This document shows, piece after piece, positions 28,040 through 37,513 of a DNA stretch of 64,000 bases. The notes below the pieces were generated by a model. That model was not told the origin of the DNA. It did no database searches and was given only the letters and a program-made list of their open reading frames with translations. The number at the start of each line of letters is the position of its first letter. The first letter of the stretch is position 1. This stretch comes from Deltaproteobacteria bacterium (GTDB taxonomy: Bacteria > Desulfobacterota > GWC2-55-46). Both the position numbers and the translations under genes were made by a program. The DNA lies in assembly GCA_016219115.1 (NCBI GenBank), contig JACRCH010000016.1, positions 22,294-86,293 of the forward strand, in the 5' to 3' direction.

Positions 28040-28265
28040 CGCGCAATACATTAGGCCTTCTTGCGCGCTGCCGCGCGCTTCGGGGCGATTGCTCCTCGCT
28101 TGCAAGCCCGCTCGCAACGAATACAGAGGCTTGCTCGCTTGCTTTCCTTTATGCCCGCTTCGCAATGGACCTGGTGTTTTGTTAAAAAATACAAAAGACC
28201 TTCTGAAACAGGACATTGGCTGTTTTCATATACCCCGGAGCTTCTTGCGGGGAGGTCCATTGCCT
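28040..28265. repeat. composite intergenic repeat, family R4 plus R1, paralogous to 1290-1500
   Basis: GCGCGCTGCCGCGCGCTTCGGGG...CTCGCTTGC...CGCTTCGCAATG...ATACCCCGGAGCTTCTTGCGGGGAGGTCCAT shares the same module order as 1290-1500. Confidence 0.7.
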
Positions 28266-28310
28266 TTCCCATATTACAATCCCGTGCCTCTCATGTAAAG
28301 TCTTTTAGGG

Positions 28311-29165
28311 TCACGGTTTGGAAGTGACGACCCTTCCCCAGAGGTCTTTCGTCCCCCAAATACCCGAGCGCAGCGATTCGAGCAGTATTATCTGGCTGTG
28401 GTCCACGAAGAGGTTCACCTCCGGGCCATAGTTTTTTATGTACCAGCCGAAGACCTCCGGGTCGGCGGCCTCGAACATCGTCTTCTCAAGCCCCAATTCC
28501 TTGACAAAGGCCGTTATGATGTCTGTCCTCCATGAGCGGACCTGCTCGGTTATCCCTTCGGACTCGATCATTATCATATAGGCGCCGGCGTCAAGGTGCT
28601 TTTTCGCCTGCTCGACGGCCCAGCCCGGGTCGCTCGTACCCTCGGCCTCCAACTCCGCGACGGCGCTTGCTCCGCCGGAGCCGAATTGCACCCCGACCTC
28701 GGCCTTTACCTCGAGGCCCGCTTTGCGCGCCCTCTTCGTCAGGCGGACAAGGTCGTCCGCGGGGACCGTGATGAAGCCCTTTGATATCTCTATTATGTCG
28801 AAGCCGATGTTTTTGCACTCAAGGATGTATCTTTCCACGGCGTCTTTGCCGAGCGTGAGGACATGTTCGATGTAGCCGCCGGTGTCGGCCTTGACATCGT
28901 ATCTGTGGCAGAGGTCGATGAGTTCCATGACGGCCTTTTTCGGCATGAGGCTGAAGGACCCTCCGGCGAACTTCAGGATGTCGATGTATTGGCCCATCGT
29001 CTCAAGGATGTCTTCGAGGTAGCGCTTGCCCATCGGGGTGTAGTAGGGGCCGCGTATCTCGGTGACGCCGCGCTTGCGGGGTTTACCCTCCCGCTCGTTT
29101 AAAGGGAGAAAGGAGAAGGCCCTTTCCGTCGCGTTGCCCTTCGCCCTTTTTTTCTCGTCGGCCAT
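28311..29165 (-). CDS. phosphosulfolactate synthase (ComA) family protein
   Basis: GVTEIRGPYY...YIDILKFAGGSFSL...GFDIIEISKGFITVP...AGLEVKAEVGVQFG parallels the ComA/(2R)-phospho-3-sulfolactate synthase fold. It runs block by block with the ComA pattern G.T...DKG...YID.VKFGWGTS...GF..VEISDG. Confidence 0.65.
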   Translation of the reverse strand: MADEKKRAKGNATERAFSFLPLNEREGKPRKRGVTEIRGPYYTPMGKRYLEDILETMGQYIDILKFAGGSFSLMPKKAVMELIDLCHRYDVKADTGGYIEHVLTLGKDAVERYILECKNIGFDIIEISKGFITVPADDLVRLTKRARKAGLEVKAEVGVQFGSGGASAVAELEAEGTSDPGWAVEQAKKHLDAGAYMIMIESEGITEQVRSWRTDIITAFVKELGLEKTMFEAADPEVFGWYIKNYGPEVNLFVDHSQIILLESLRSGIWGTKDLWGRVVTSKP

Positions 29166-29227
29166 CGTTAGCCTCCTTTGTCTGTCGTCTCTGCCGGTCC
29201 CGTACGCCCGAAGCGGTCCGGGCGGGT

Positions 29228-29275
29228 GCGGTTTTAATCACAAAATTCCATGTAGCTTGCTCCGGGGTGGTTCAT
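29228..29275. repeat. short leader (TTTTAATCACAAAATTCC) plus R1 hairpin unit
   Basis: The same 18-nt leader precedes the repeats at 30737, 33418 and 43151. Confidence 0.6.
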
Positions 29276-30642
29276 GGCCGGGCCGCCTTTGAGAGCGGCT
29301 CCATCAGTTCCGCCGCGGTGATCCCCTCGATATTTTTCACCCGCCCGATGATGTCGGCCTGAAGCCTGGCGTCGATAAAAGGCCCGGTGAGCCTTATAAA
29401 CTTCTCCTCGACCCGTTCCCAGCCCATGGGGCTGGTGCGGAAGCCCTCGTAGCCTGTCTTCTCTCTTGTAAGGGTCCGCCCGTCCTTAAGCCTTACCGTG
29501 AGGCCGCAGGCGTGTCTTTCGGGAAAGAGCCGGGTAAGCTTCTCACTCGGGCGGACAATGACTTTTTTGAGAAGCCGCTGCACGTCGTCTCTTATTATCC
29601 TCTCGGGGGCGTACTCTTCGGGCATCACCTTGCCGTCAAGAAGCGCGACGGCCACCAGGAACTTAAGGCTGTGGTCGGCCTCTTCCTTCGTCCTGACCCT
29701 TGTCTTGTCGCCCTCAACGCCGCCGCCTATGATATCATAGGCGGCCTGAAAGATATCTATCTCGACGGAATCGACATCACGGGCCGAAAAACAGTGCTCT
29801 GCCTGAAGCTCGAGCGCGCCTTCAATCGCGGACTGCGAGTGTATCTCGGCGTTGTACTTCTTGAGTATCGTCCATGTCACCCGCTCAAGGTTCTCGTTCG
29901 ACCAGTCGATGACGAACTTCCCGGAGATGGATTCCATAAAGCCTTTGTTCCCCTCGAAGACCTCTTTCGGCCCCGTTACTCCCCTCATGGCGAGAAAAGC
30001 GGCGTTAGAGCAGCAGAAGGCGGCGTTCGGGTACGCCAGCCCCTTCCAGTGGCTGAGTTCCCCGGTGCGGGTCACCCTGAGCGCGTTGAAGGCCGTGCCT
30101 GAGATGGCGACGGCGTTTGTGGTCTGTTCGCCGTTTAAGCCCAATGCCTTTGAGACCCCGGCGGCCAGAGCGAAGGAGCCCTGAGTAGTGTGGTCAAAAC
30201 CCTTTGAGCGCACGGGGGCGACGTCACTTAGCCTGCATTGGACCTGGTAAGCCACGGCCAGCGCCGTCAGGAGGTCTTTCCCGCTTGCCCCTTTGTACTC
30301 GGCGGCGGAGAGCACAGCCCCGAGGTTGTCGCTCGGGTGGCAGGTCTCTCCCGGGGCCATGTAGCTGTCGTTAAAGTCGAGGTAGCGGACAAGGGCGCTG
30401 TTGTAGAAGGCCGCCTGAGAGGGCGAGGTCTTGCCGCCGCCTATGAGCGTAGAGAGGGGGTTGCCGCCGAACTCTTCTATCTGGGCTCTTATCATCCGCA
30501 CGGGCGGTTCGTTTCGCGCTCCGACGGCGCACCCCAGCGAGTCAAGCAGACGGAGCTTCAGCTGGACCAGTGCCTCCCTGGAGATATCCTCGTAGGAGGC
30601 CGATACGACGAAGTCCGCAAGTCTTTGAGCGTCGGTCATCAC
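29272..30642 (-). CDS. MmgE/PrpD family protein (2-methylcitrate dehydratase-like)
   Basis: The N-terminus (LADFVVSASYEDISREALVQLKLRLLDSLGCAVGA) is the MmgE/PrpD signature. 456 aa. Confidence 0.8.
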   Translation of the reverse strand: MMTDAQRLADFVVSASYEDISREALVQLKLRLLDSLGCAVGARNEPPVRMIRAQIEEFGGNPLSTLIGGGKTSPSQAAFYNSALVRYLDFNDSYMAPGETCHPSDNLGAVLSAAEYKGASGKDLLTALAVAYQVQCRLSDVAPVRSKGFDHTTQGSFALAAGVSKALGLNGEQTTNAVAISGTAFNALRVTRTGELSHWKGLAYPNAAFCCSNAAFLAMRGVTGPKEVFEGNKGFMESISGKFVIDWSNENLERVTWTILKKYNAEIHSQSAIEGALELQAEHCFSARDVDSVEIDIFQAAYDIIGGGVEGDKTRVRTKEEADHSLKFLVAVALLDGKVMPEEYAPERIIRDDVQRLLKKVIVRPSEKLTRLFPERHACGLTVRLKDGRTLTREKTGYEGFRTSPMGWERVEEKFIRLTGPFIDARLQADIIGRVKNIEGITAAELMEPLSKAARP

Positions 30643-30736
30643 GGCATAAGCCCTTTCGGATCCTGAGCCCCGGTGTTGCGGACGGGGCGTTTATTGACAA
30701 GTATAGCATGTAAAAAGACTTTCTTCCCGTCTTGAA

Positions 30737-30860
30737 GCGTTTTAATCACAAAATTCCCTCTAGCTTGCCAGAGGGTTTCCTTGTAAAAACCCTCCCCCTC
30801 TATGGGGGAGGGGAGGTTTAAAGAGATACCCCGCGGCTTGGCTGGCAGGGAGATTCAATC
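30737..30860. repeat. composite intergenic repeat (leader + R2 + degenerate R1)
   Basis: TTTTAATCACAAAATTCCCTCTAGCTTGCCAGAGGG...CCCTCCCCCTCTATGGGGGAGGGGAGG...GATACCCCGCGG. Confidence 0.65.
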
Positions 30861-31008
30861 CTTGAGAAATCAACCCCTTAAGGCGCGTGCCTGAGGTCTT
30901 GATGAAGGAGCTCTATCGAAAATCTCGACAAACGGCAAAAAATTTACTACATTAGATAGCTTGAGAATATCCTGAAAAAAGATAAGAGGAAGAAGAGAGG
31001 AAAGCAAG

Positions 31009-31983
31009 ATGAGCAAGGGTCCCGTATCACAGTTTATTGAAAGGCATTATCTCCATTTCAATTCGGCGGCGCTCGTTGACGCGGCCAGGGCGTACGAGGC
31101 GCATCTGGTCAAGGGAGGCAAGATGATGGTGACGCTCGCGGGCGCCATGAGCACTGCCGAACTCGGCAAATCCCTGGCCGAGATGATACGCCAGGGCAAG
31201 GTAGACATAATCACCTGCACGGGGGCGAACCTCGAAGAGGACGTCTTCAACCTCGTGGCGCATACGCACTACAAGAGGATCCCCAATTACAGGGACTTGA
31301 CCCCCGGGGAGGAATGGGAACTCCTGCAGAAGGGTTTTAACAGGGTCACCGACACCTGCATCCCCGAAGGCGAGGCGATAAGGAGGATCGAGCACCATAT
31401 CTACAAGCTCTGGCAGGAAGCCAACGACAAGGGTGAGGAGTACCTGCCGCACCAGTTCTTCTACGCGTTACTCCGCAGCGGTGTCCTTCAGCAGTACTAC
31501 GAGATTGACACAAAGGACAGCTGGCTTCTGGCGGCCTCTGAAAGGGACCTGCCGATAATAGTGCCGGGCTGGGAGGACTCCACGCTCGGCAACATCTTCG
31601 CCTCATACTGCATAACCGGGGAGCTCAAGCAGTCCACCGTCAGGTCGGGAATAGGCTACATGACGTTCCTGGCTGACTGGTACACGAAGAACAGCAAGGG
31701 CGCCGGAATAGGCTTCTTTCAGATAGGCGGAGGCATAGCCGGGGACTTCCCGATATGCGTCGTTCCGATGCTCCAGCAGGACCTGAAGAAAAAGGAGACC
31801 CCCTTCTGGGCGTACTTCTGCCAGATATCGGACTCCACCACGAGCTACGGGTCGTACTCCGGGGCCGTGCCGAACGAGAAGATAACATGGGGCAAACTCT
31901 CGGCCGAGACCCCGAGGTTCATAGTCGAGTCAGACGCTACGATAGTCGCCCCGCTCATCTTCGCGTGGATATTGGGCTGGTAA
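31009..31983 (+). CDS. deoxyhypusine synthase-like (DHS-like) NAD-binding protein
   Basis: MVTLAGAMSTAELGKSLAEMIRQGKVDIITCTGANLEEDVF matches the DHS-family pattern (TSNLISSG...VDVIVTTAGGIEED). The length of 324 aa is typical of bacterial DHS-like proteins. Confidence 0.75.
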   Translation: MSKGPVSQFIERHYLHFNSAALVDAARAYEAHLVKGGKMMVTLAGAMSTAELGKSLAEMIRQGKVDIITCTGANLEEDVFNLVAHTHYKRIPNYRDLTPGEEWELLQKGFNRVTDTCIPEGEAIRRIEHHIYKLWQEANDKGEEYLPHQFFYALLRSGVLQQYYEIDTKDSWLLAASERDLPIIVPGWEDSTLGNIFASYCITGELKQSTVRSGIGYMTFLADWYTKNSKGAGIGFFQIGGGIAGDFPICVVPMLQQDLKKKETPFWAYFCQISDSTTSYGSYSGAVPNEKITWGKLSAETPRFIVESDATIVAPLIFAWILGW

Positions 31984-32057
31984 CGGCCATAATAACCCGG
32001 AACGGAATAAAGAAGCTGGGCTTTGGATACGCAAAGCCCAGCGTTTGTTTTGTAGAG

Positions 32058-32124
32058 TACTGTATATTGAGGTTCAGGTTGTAAACCTGAACCCGCTGAA
32101 GTGCCGGCGCACGGCGGATATGGA
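32058..32124. repeat. R4 hairpin unit (GAGGTTCAGGTTGTAAACCTGAACC) plus conserved tail ...CGGATATGAC
   Basis: Copies are present at 33256-33325 and 1249-1284. Confidence 0.7.
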
Positions 32125-32153
32125 CGAAGGAAACAAACAAGGGGCTATCCAAT

Positions 32154-33110
32154 ATGACGGAAACGACGACCAAACTCCAGGGGACGCTTGCCGCTCCGGC
32201 GGATAAAAGTAACGCTCCAGCCGGTGATGACGAGACAGGGAGTCATTACCTTGGACAGTTCATCCCGCTGCACTACCACCACAACATGCTGATGGACGAG
32301 CACCGCATGGGCGCTTTCAAAGCCGCCATAGACCATGTTGTTTTCGACGGCGCAAGAGTTTTGGAGCTAGGCGGGGGTACGGGTGTGCTCTCGTGTTTCG
32401 CGGCGTCCAGGGCGAGCAAGGTATGGTGCGTGGAGTTTAATCCCGAACTTGTGGCGGAAGCGCGCCGCCTGCTCCCGCTCAACCGGGACGGGCACAAGGT
32501 GGAGGTCGTCCACGCGGATGCTTTCGATTACTTGCCGCCTGAACCAGTGGACGTGGTGATCTGCGAAATGCTCCATGTCGGAATGCTCCGGGAAAAGCAG
32601 GTGGAAGTGATCGAAGCGTTCAAGGAACGCTACCGCCGTCGCTTCGGCGGACCACAGCCGGTTTTCATTCCTGCGGCCGCCATTCTGGCTGTTCAGCCGC
32701 TGCAGCAGGCTTATGACTTCTTTGGCTTTCACGCGCCCATCATCCAGTTCCAGCAGCCGCAAGTGATCCAGGCAGGGACTATCGAGCTGGCTGCGCCGGC
32801 GGTCTACAGCATCATGGATATGTCACAGCCTGTCTCTCGCGACATTCGATGGAAGGGCACTTTCGTACTTGAGCGGGACGGCACGGTGAACGCCCTGCGC
32901 TTCGTCACCAAGAACATACTGGCGGTGGTGCCCCGGCAATCCGCCACTATAGACTGGATAATCAGCTACCTTGTGCTGCCCTTAGGCGAGCCGGTGGAAG
33001 CCAAAGCCGGCGACGCGCTCCAGGTGACTTTCAGCTACCTGGCGGGAGGGTCGATCCGGTCATTGGAGAAGAACATGAGAGCCGTGGTGAAGGCGGCAGG
33101 CAAAGGCTGA
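32154..33110 (+). CDS. class I SAM-dependent methyltransferase, PRMT-like (protein arginine methyltransferase fold)
   Basis: Motif I (VLELGGGTGVLSCFAA), the post-I acidic residue (CVEF), and the double-E-like loop (VVICEMLHVGMLRE, compared with PRMT IISEWMGY). A roughly 150-aa C-terminal barrel-like region follows. Confidence 0.6.
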   Translation: MTETTTKLQGTLAAPADKSNAPAGDDETGSHYLGQFIPLHYHHNMLMDEHRMGAFKAAIDHVVFDGARVLELGGGTGVLSCFAASRASKVWCVEFNPELVAEARRLLPLNRDGHKVEVVHADAFDYLPPEPVDVVICEMLHVGMLREKQVEVIEAFKERYRRRFGGPQPVFIPAAAILAVQPLQQAYDFFGFHAPIIQFQQPQVIQAGTIELAAPAVYSIMDMSQPVSRDIRWKGTFVLERDGTVNALRFVTKNILAVVPRQSATIDWIISYLVLPLGEPVEAKAGDALQVTFSYLAGGSIRSLEKNMRAVVKAAGKG

Positions 33111-33255
33111 ACAAGACGGGCGCGCATCCAAAGTCCCTCAGGCCGGGTTACGGAAGCGCGGCCCGACAACTCCATCCTCCGTTCAAAAAGCCACAACCGT
33201 CAAAACCAATCTTTGCGGTGTCAATTGTGTAAATTAAACCCATAGTTGCCCGGTA

Positions 33256-33325
33256 CGAATATTGAGGTTCAGGTTCATAACCTGAACCCGCTAAAGCTAC
33301 TGTTGCGGCGACTGCGGATATGACC
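33256..33325. repeat. R4 hairpin unit copy
   Basis: ATTGAGGTTCAGGTTCATAACCTGAACCCGCTAAAG...CGGATATGAC. Confidence 0.7.
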
Positions 33326-33417
33326 TCCTTCAAAACCGTCCTTTTAATAAGCCACCTCAAAACCGCTCACAAGTTTTTTTGCCCCTTGTCCGTCACGGAT
33401 ACTCCACCTGGTTCTTT

Positions 33418-33624
33418 AAATCACAAAATTCCCTGTAGTTTTCTACAGGGTTTACTTGTAAAATCCTCCCCCTCGATGGGGGAGGGAAGGGTGGGGGTGA
33501 AAACAGGTTTTCACCCTCCCCGCTTCCCGTTGCATCGGAAGAGCGCAACGGGAGCCCAGCCCTCGCAATCGAGGGAGGGCTGGGTTTAAGGAGATACCCC
33601 GGAGAAAAGCTCCGGGGTGGTTCA
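33418..33624. repeat. composite intergenic repeat (leader + R2 palindromes + R1 hairpin)
   Basis: Near-identical to 11338-11580 and 43151-43362. Confidence 0.75.
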
Positions 33625-33744
33625 TATCCTTCCGTTACAAGAGACATCCGGTCTAATCGCCCTTTAATCAGCGATAGGTATAATGGAGTCGTAAGAAAGG
33701 GATTTGAAAGACTTTAGAACGGAAACAGAAAAGGAGGCGGATAA

Positions 33745-33831
33745 AATGAGAGACGCGGGCGGGATACTTTCAATAGTGGTGATAATCGTAAATATCGGTG
33801 TCATGGGTACCATACTCTCGGCGCTGGTATA
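33745..33831 (+). CDS. putative 28-aa hydrophobic micropeptide
   Basis: A strong SD (AAGGAGG) sits 8 nt upstream of the ATG. The product is MRDAGGILSIVVIIVNIGVMGTILSALV, a single TM helix. Confidence 0.3.
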
Positions 33832-33855
33832 GCTGAGAAAAAAACGGAGGCGTCA

Positions 33856-33957
33856 GGTGAGCAAAATACAAGGTAATATTGAGGTCATCGCCACACTAAG
33901 CTACGCGGCGGTCTTCGCGGTAATATCCTTCGTGGCCGTATATTCGATGACCGCTTA
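33856..33957 (+). CDS. putative 33-aa hydrophobic micropeptide (GTG start)
   Basis: An SD (ACGGAGG) lies upstream. The product VSKIQGNIEVIATLSYAAVFAVISFVAVYSMTA is followed immediately by a terminator. Confidence 0.3.
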
Positions 33958-33980
33958 AAAAGAGGCACGAGGCCTGAAGA

Positions 33981-34020
33981 GGGGCGGCGGGAGTTGACTT
34001 CCGCCGCCCCTCTGTTTTCG
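33981..34020 (+). terminator. rho-independent terminator
   Basis: AGGGGCGGCGG-GAGTTGACTTC-CCGCCGCCCCT followed by CTGTTTTCG. Confidence 0.6.
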
Positions 34021-34094
34021 CGCCTCGGATTTGCTCTTAGGCAAGGTACGGAATTGTAAAAAATTTCTTTACAATCGTGTTGAAGAATCTATAT

Positions 34095-34215
34095 ATTAAA
34101 ATTCTCCGCCATAAATGACGGAGAATTTTGATGGTATGGAAAGATCATTTGTATTTGCCAGCCTTGACCCGCCGCTAAAGCGACGGGATTGCGCAGTGGC
34201 ACACCCATTCAACAA
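34095..34215 (-). repeat. inverted partial copy of the R3 MITE-like element
   Basis: It is the reverse complement of GTTGAATGGGTGTGCCACTGCGCAATCCCGTCGCTTTAGCGGCGGGTCAAGGCTGGCAAAT...CCATCAAAATTCTCCGTCATTTATGGCGGAGAATTTT. Confidence 0.7.
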
Positions 34216-34426
34216 ATCCCATCTATGACAAAACGCTATATCATGCTAAAAAGGCGTATTGAACGCCGGGGACTGAAAATCAAGCAGCCTCAGGTGAACT
34301 GACACCGCCGACTCATAGAGAAGCGTAAAGAACACCGGTCCAGGAGATAAGGTACACTTCTATCGGCGAGACCGGGCAAAAGGGGCCTCAATACGCAAAA
34401 CATGGCAGAGGGGTGGCATACGATCC

Positions 34427-35140
34427 GTGAGTCCGAAAGAAGCCGTATTCAGGGTAAGGGGCCTCACAAAGGTCTATGAGATGGGCACGGTGAAGGTGCA
34501 CGCCTTGAGGGGCGTGGACCTTGAACTTTATGAAAGAGAGCTTGTCGTGATGCTCGGGCCTTCGGGGAGCGGGAAGTCCACGCTCCTCAATATCCTCGGC
34601 GGGCTCGATACCGCTACCGGCGGGCTGGTCGAGTACCGCGGGAGGGATTTCACGAGGGCCGGCGAGTTGGAGTTGACCGAGTACCGGAGGTTCCACGTGG
34701 GCTTCGTCTTCCAGTTCTACAACCTCATCCCCAGCCTCACGGCCCGCGAAAACGTCGCCGTGGTCACCGAGATAGCGAAAAGACCGATGAAGCCCGAAGA
34801 CGCGCTCGCCCTTGTGGGCCTTAATGAAAGGCTCGACCACTTCCCGGCCCAGCTCTCCGGAGGCGAGCAGCAGCGGGTGGCCATAGCACGCGCCATCTCA
34901 AAAAACCCCGAGGTGCTTCTGTGCGACGAGCCGACCGGCGCGCTGGACTTCGCCACGGGGATCGTGGTCCTCGATGCCATTGAGAGAATAAACAGGGAGC
35001 TCGGCACCGCCACCGCCATCATCACCCACAACGCGGACATCGCTGCGATGGCGGACCGCGTAGTGCATCTGAGTAACGGCATGATCTCCGAGATCGGCGT
35101 CAACGCGGTTAAAAAACCGCCGGGGGAACTTCACTGGTGA
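34427..35140 (+). CDS. ABC transporter ATP-binding protein (MacB/LolD family)
   Basis: Walker A (GPSGSGKST), the ABC signature ([14 protein letters not shown]), Walker B ([11 protein letters not shown]) and an H-loop (ITHN). Confidence 0.9.
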   Translation: MSPKEAVFRVRGLTKVYEMGTVKVHALRGVDLELYERELVVMLGPSGSGKSTLLNILGGLDTATGGLVEYRGRDFTRAGELELTEYRRFHVGFVFQFYNLIPSLTARENVAVVTEIAKRPMKPEDALALVGLNERLDHFPAQLSGGEQQRVAIARAISKNPEVLLCDEPTGALDFATGIVVLDAIERINRELGTATAIITHNADIAAMADRVVHLSNGMISEIGVNAVKKPPGELHW

Positions 35141-35144
35141 GAGC

Positions 35145-37508
35145 ATGAAGGCGCTCGACCGCAAGCTTCTGAGGGACATGTGGAAGATGAAGGGGCAGGT
35201 CCTCGCAATCGTCCTCGTCATCGCGGGCGGCGTGTCGGCCTTTGTGATGCTCATAAGCACGATGATGTCGCTGAACCTGACGAGGGACAAGTTTTACAGG
35301 GAGTACGCCTTCGCCGATGCCTTCGCGTCGCTCAAACGCGCCCCGGAAGGCCTCAAGTACCGCATAAAGGAGATACCCGGAGTAAAGGAAGTCGAGACCC
35401 GCGTAGTCGCCGGGGTGAAGCTCGACATCAAGGGCTTCACGGAGCCGGTGACGGCCAGGGTGGTCTCCGTGCCCGACGCCGGAACGCCGCTGCTGAACAG
35501 GCTTTATCTCAGGCGCGGTCGTCTGGTGGACCCGTGGAGGGACGACGAGGCCGTCGTGAGCGAGGCCTTCGCCGAGGCGCACGGGTTCAACCCCGGCGAC
35601 CGCTTCGGCGCGGTCATCAACGGCAGGCGGAAATCCCTCACCGTAGTCGGCATAGCCCTCTCGCCGGAGTTCGTCCTGCAGACAAGGCCCGGGGCGATAA
35701 GCCCGGATTACAAGCGGTACGCGATACTGTGGATGGGCAGGAACGCGCTCTCGAACGCCTACGACATGAAGGGGGCGTTCAACGACGTCGTGCTGGCGCT
35801 AGACGGGGACGCCGACTTGAACGATGTCCTGGCGAGGCTTGACAGCCTCCTTGACCGCTACGGCGGCCTGGGCGCGTACGGCCGCAAGGACCAGATGTCA
35901 AACCGCTTCCTGCATGAAGAGTTCCGGCAGCTGCAAAGGAGCGCCGAGATATTCCCGACTGTATTCATAGCGGTAGCAGCCTTTCTCCTTAATGTGGTCA
36001 TCGGCAGGACCGTACTCACGCAGAGAGAGCAGATAGCGGCCCTGAAGGCGTTCGGCTACGGCAACGCCGCAATCGGGGCGCATTATATCAAGCTCGTGTT
36101 TTTGATCGTGCTCGCCGGCGCCGCGGGGGGGATCATTGCCGGCGTCTGGTTCGGTAAAGGGCTCGGAAGGATATACATGGAGTTCTACCGTTTCCCTTAC
36201 CTCATCTATGAGCTCAAGCCGTCGGTAGCCGCCACGGCGGTCCTCATCACGGCGGCCTCGGCGCTCGCTGGCACGCTCCATTCGGTGAGAAAAGCGGCTA
36301 TGCTGCCGCCGGCGGAGGCGATGCGGCCGGAGCCGCCGGCGCGCTACAGGAAGACGATAATAGACCGCCTGGGCCTGGGCCGTTTTTTATCCCAGCCCGG
36401 CCTGATGATAATCCGCGACATCGAGCGGCGTCCGGTAAGGGCCCTCCTCTCAACGACCGGCATAGCCCTTTCGTGCGCCATAATGCTGGCGGGGACATTC
36501 TCGACTGATGCCGTCGATTTCATGATAAACGTGCAGTTCAAGCTCTCGCAGAAAGAGGACATGACCGTCGTTTTTACGGAGCCTGCGTCGAGGAAGGCGG
36601 TCTACGAACTGGCGGGCTTGAGGGGCGTGGAGTACGCCGAGGTCTTCAGGACCGTCCCGGTGCGCCTTAAGTTCGGGCGGCAAAGCTACCGCACGACCAT
36701 ACAGGGCACGGAGAAAGGCAACCGCCTGCACCCGCTCATCGACACGCGCCTCAAGCCGGTGGAGCTTGCATCCGAGGGGATCGTGCTTACCGATTATCTG
36801 GGTGATATTCTCGGCGTAAAGCCGGGTGACATGCTGACGGTAGAGGTCCTTGAGGGGAGCAGGCCCGTAAGGCAGGTCCCCGTGACTGGGCTCGCCGGGC
36901 AGTACCTCGGGGTGATGGGCTATATGGACATGACCGCCTTGAACCGCCTTATGAGAGAGGGCAACTCCGTCTCCGGGGCCTATCTGAGCGTGGACGCCCT
37001 CCATCAGGAAGAGCTGTACGGGAAGCTGATAGAGATGCCGCGGGTAGCGGGGACGGTAGTGAGGAAGGACGAGATAAGGAACTTTTATGAGACACAGGCC
37101 AAGGTGCTCCTCTTTTTCACCTTTATGACGAGTCTGCTTGCGGGGACCATCGCCTTCGGTGTAGTCTATAACAGCGCCAGGATCGCGCTCTCCGAGAGGA
37201 GCAGGGAGCTGGCGAGCCTCAGGGTCCTCGGTTACACCAGGGCGGAGATCTCGTACATACTTCTCGGGGAGCTGGCCGTCTTTACGCTTGCAGCCATACC
37301 GCTGGGGTTTGTCCTGGGGCGGGTCCTGTGCGCGTACATAGCCCGGTCTCTGAGTTCAGACCTTTTCAGGGTACCTGTCGTTGTGAACCCGGCCACCTAT
37401 TCGCTGGCGGCCACGGTCGTGGTCGTGTCGGCCTGCGTTTCGGGCCTGATAGTGCGCCATAGACTCGATCATCTGGACCTAGTCGAGGTCTTGAAGTCAA
37501 AGGAGTAA
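35145..37508 (+). CDS. ABC transporter permease with two FtsX-like 4-TM modules (MacB/YbbP-type)
   Basis: 787 aa. An N-terminal TM, a large periplasmic domain and a TM bundle are each duplicated. It is translationally coupled to the ATPase. Confidence 0.8.
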   Translation: MKALDRKLLRDMWKMKGQVLAIVLVIAGGVSAFVMLISTMMSLNLTRDKFYREYAFADAFASLKRAPEGLKYRIKEIPGVKEVETRVVAGVKLDIKGFTEPVTARVVSVPDAGTPLLNRLYLRRGRLVDPWRDDEAVVSEAFAEAHGFNPGDRFGAVINGRRKSLTVVGIALSPEFVLQTRPGAISPDYKRYAILWMGRNALSNAYDMKGAFNDVVLALDGDADLNDVLARLDSLLDRYGGLGAYGRKDQMSNRFLHEEFRQLQRSAEIFPTVFIAVAAFLLNVVIGRTVLTQREQIAALKAFGYGNAAIGAHYIKLVFLIVLAGAAGGIIAGVWFGKGLGRIYMEFYRFPYLIYELKPSVAATAVLITAASALAGTLHSVRKAAMLPPAEAMRPEPPARYRKTIIDRLGLGRFLSQPGLMIIRDIERRPVRALLSTTGIALSCAIMLAGTFSTDAVDFMINVQFKLSQKEDMTVVFTEPASRKAVYELAGLRGVEYAEVFRTVPVRLKFGRQSYRTTIQGTEKGNRLHPLIDTRLKPVELASEGIVLTDYLGDILGVKPGDMLTVEVLEGSRPVRQVPVTGLAGQYLGVMGYMDMTALNRLMREGNSVSGAYLSVDALHQEELYGKLIEMPRVAGTVVRKDEIRNFYETQAKVLLFFTFMTSLLAGTIAFGVVYNSARIALSERSRELASLRVLGYTRAEISYILLGELAVFTLAAIPLGFVLGRVLCAYIARSLSSDLFRVPVVVNPATYSLAATVVVVSACVSGLIVRHRLDHLDLVEVLKSKE

Positions 37509-37513
37509 ACAGG

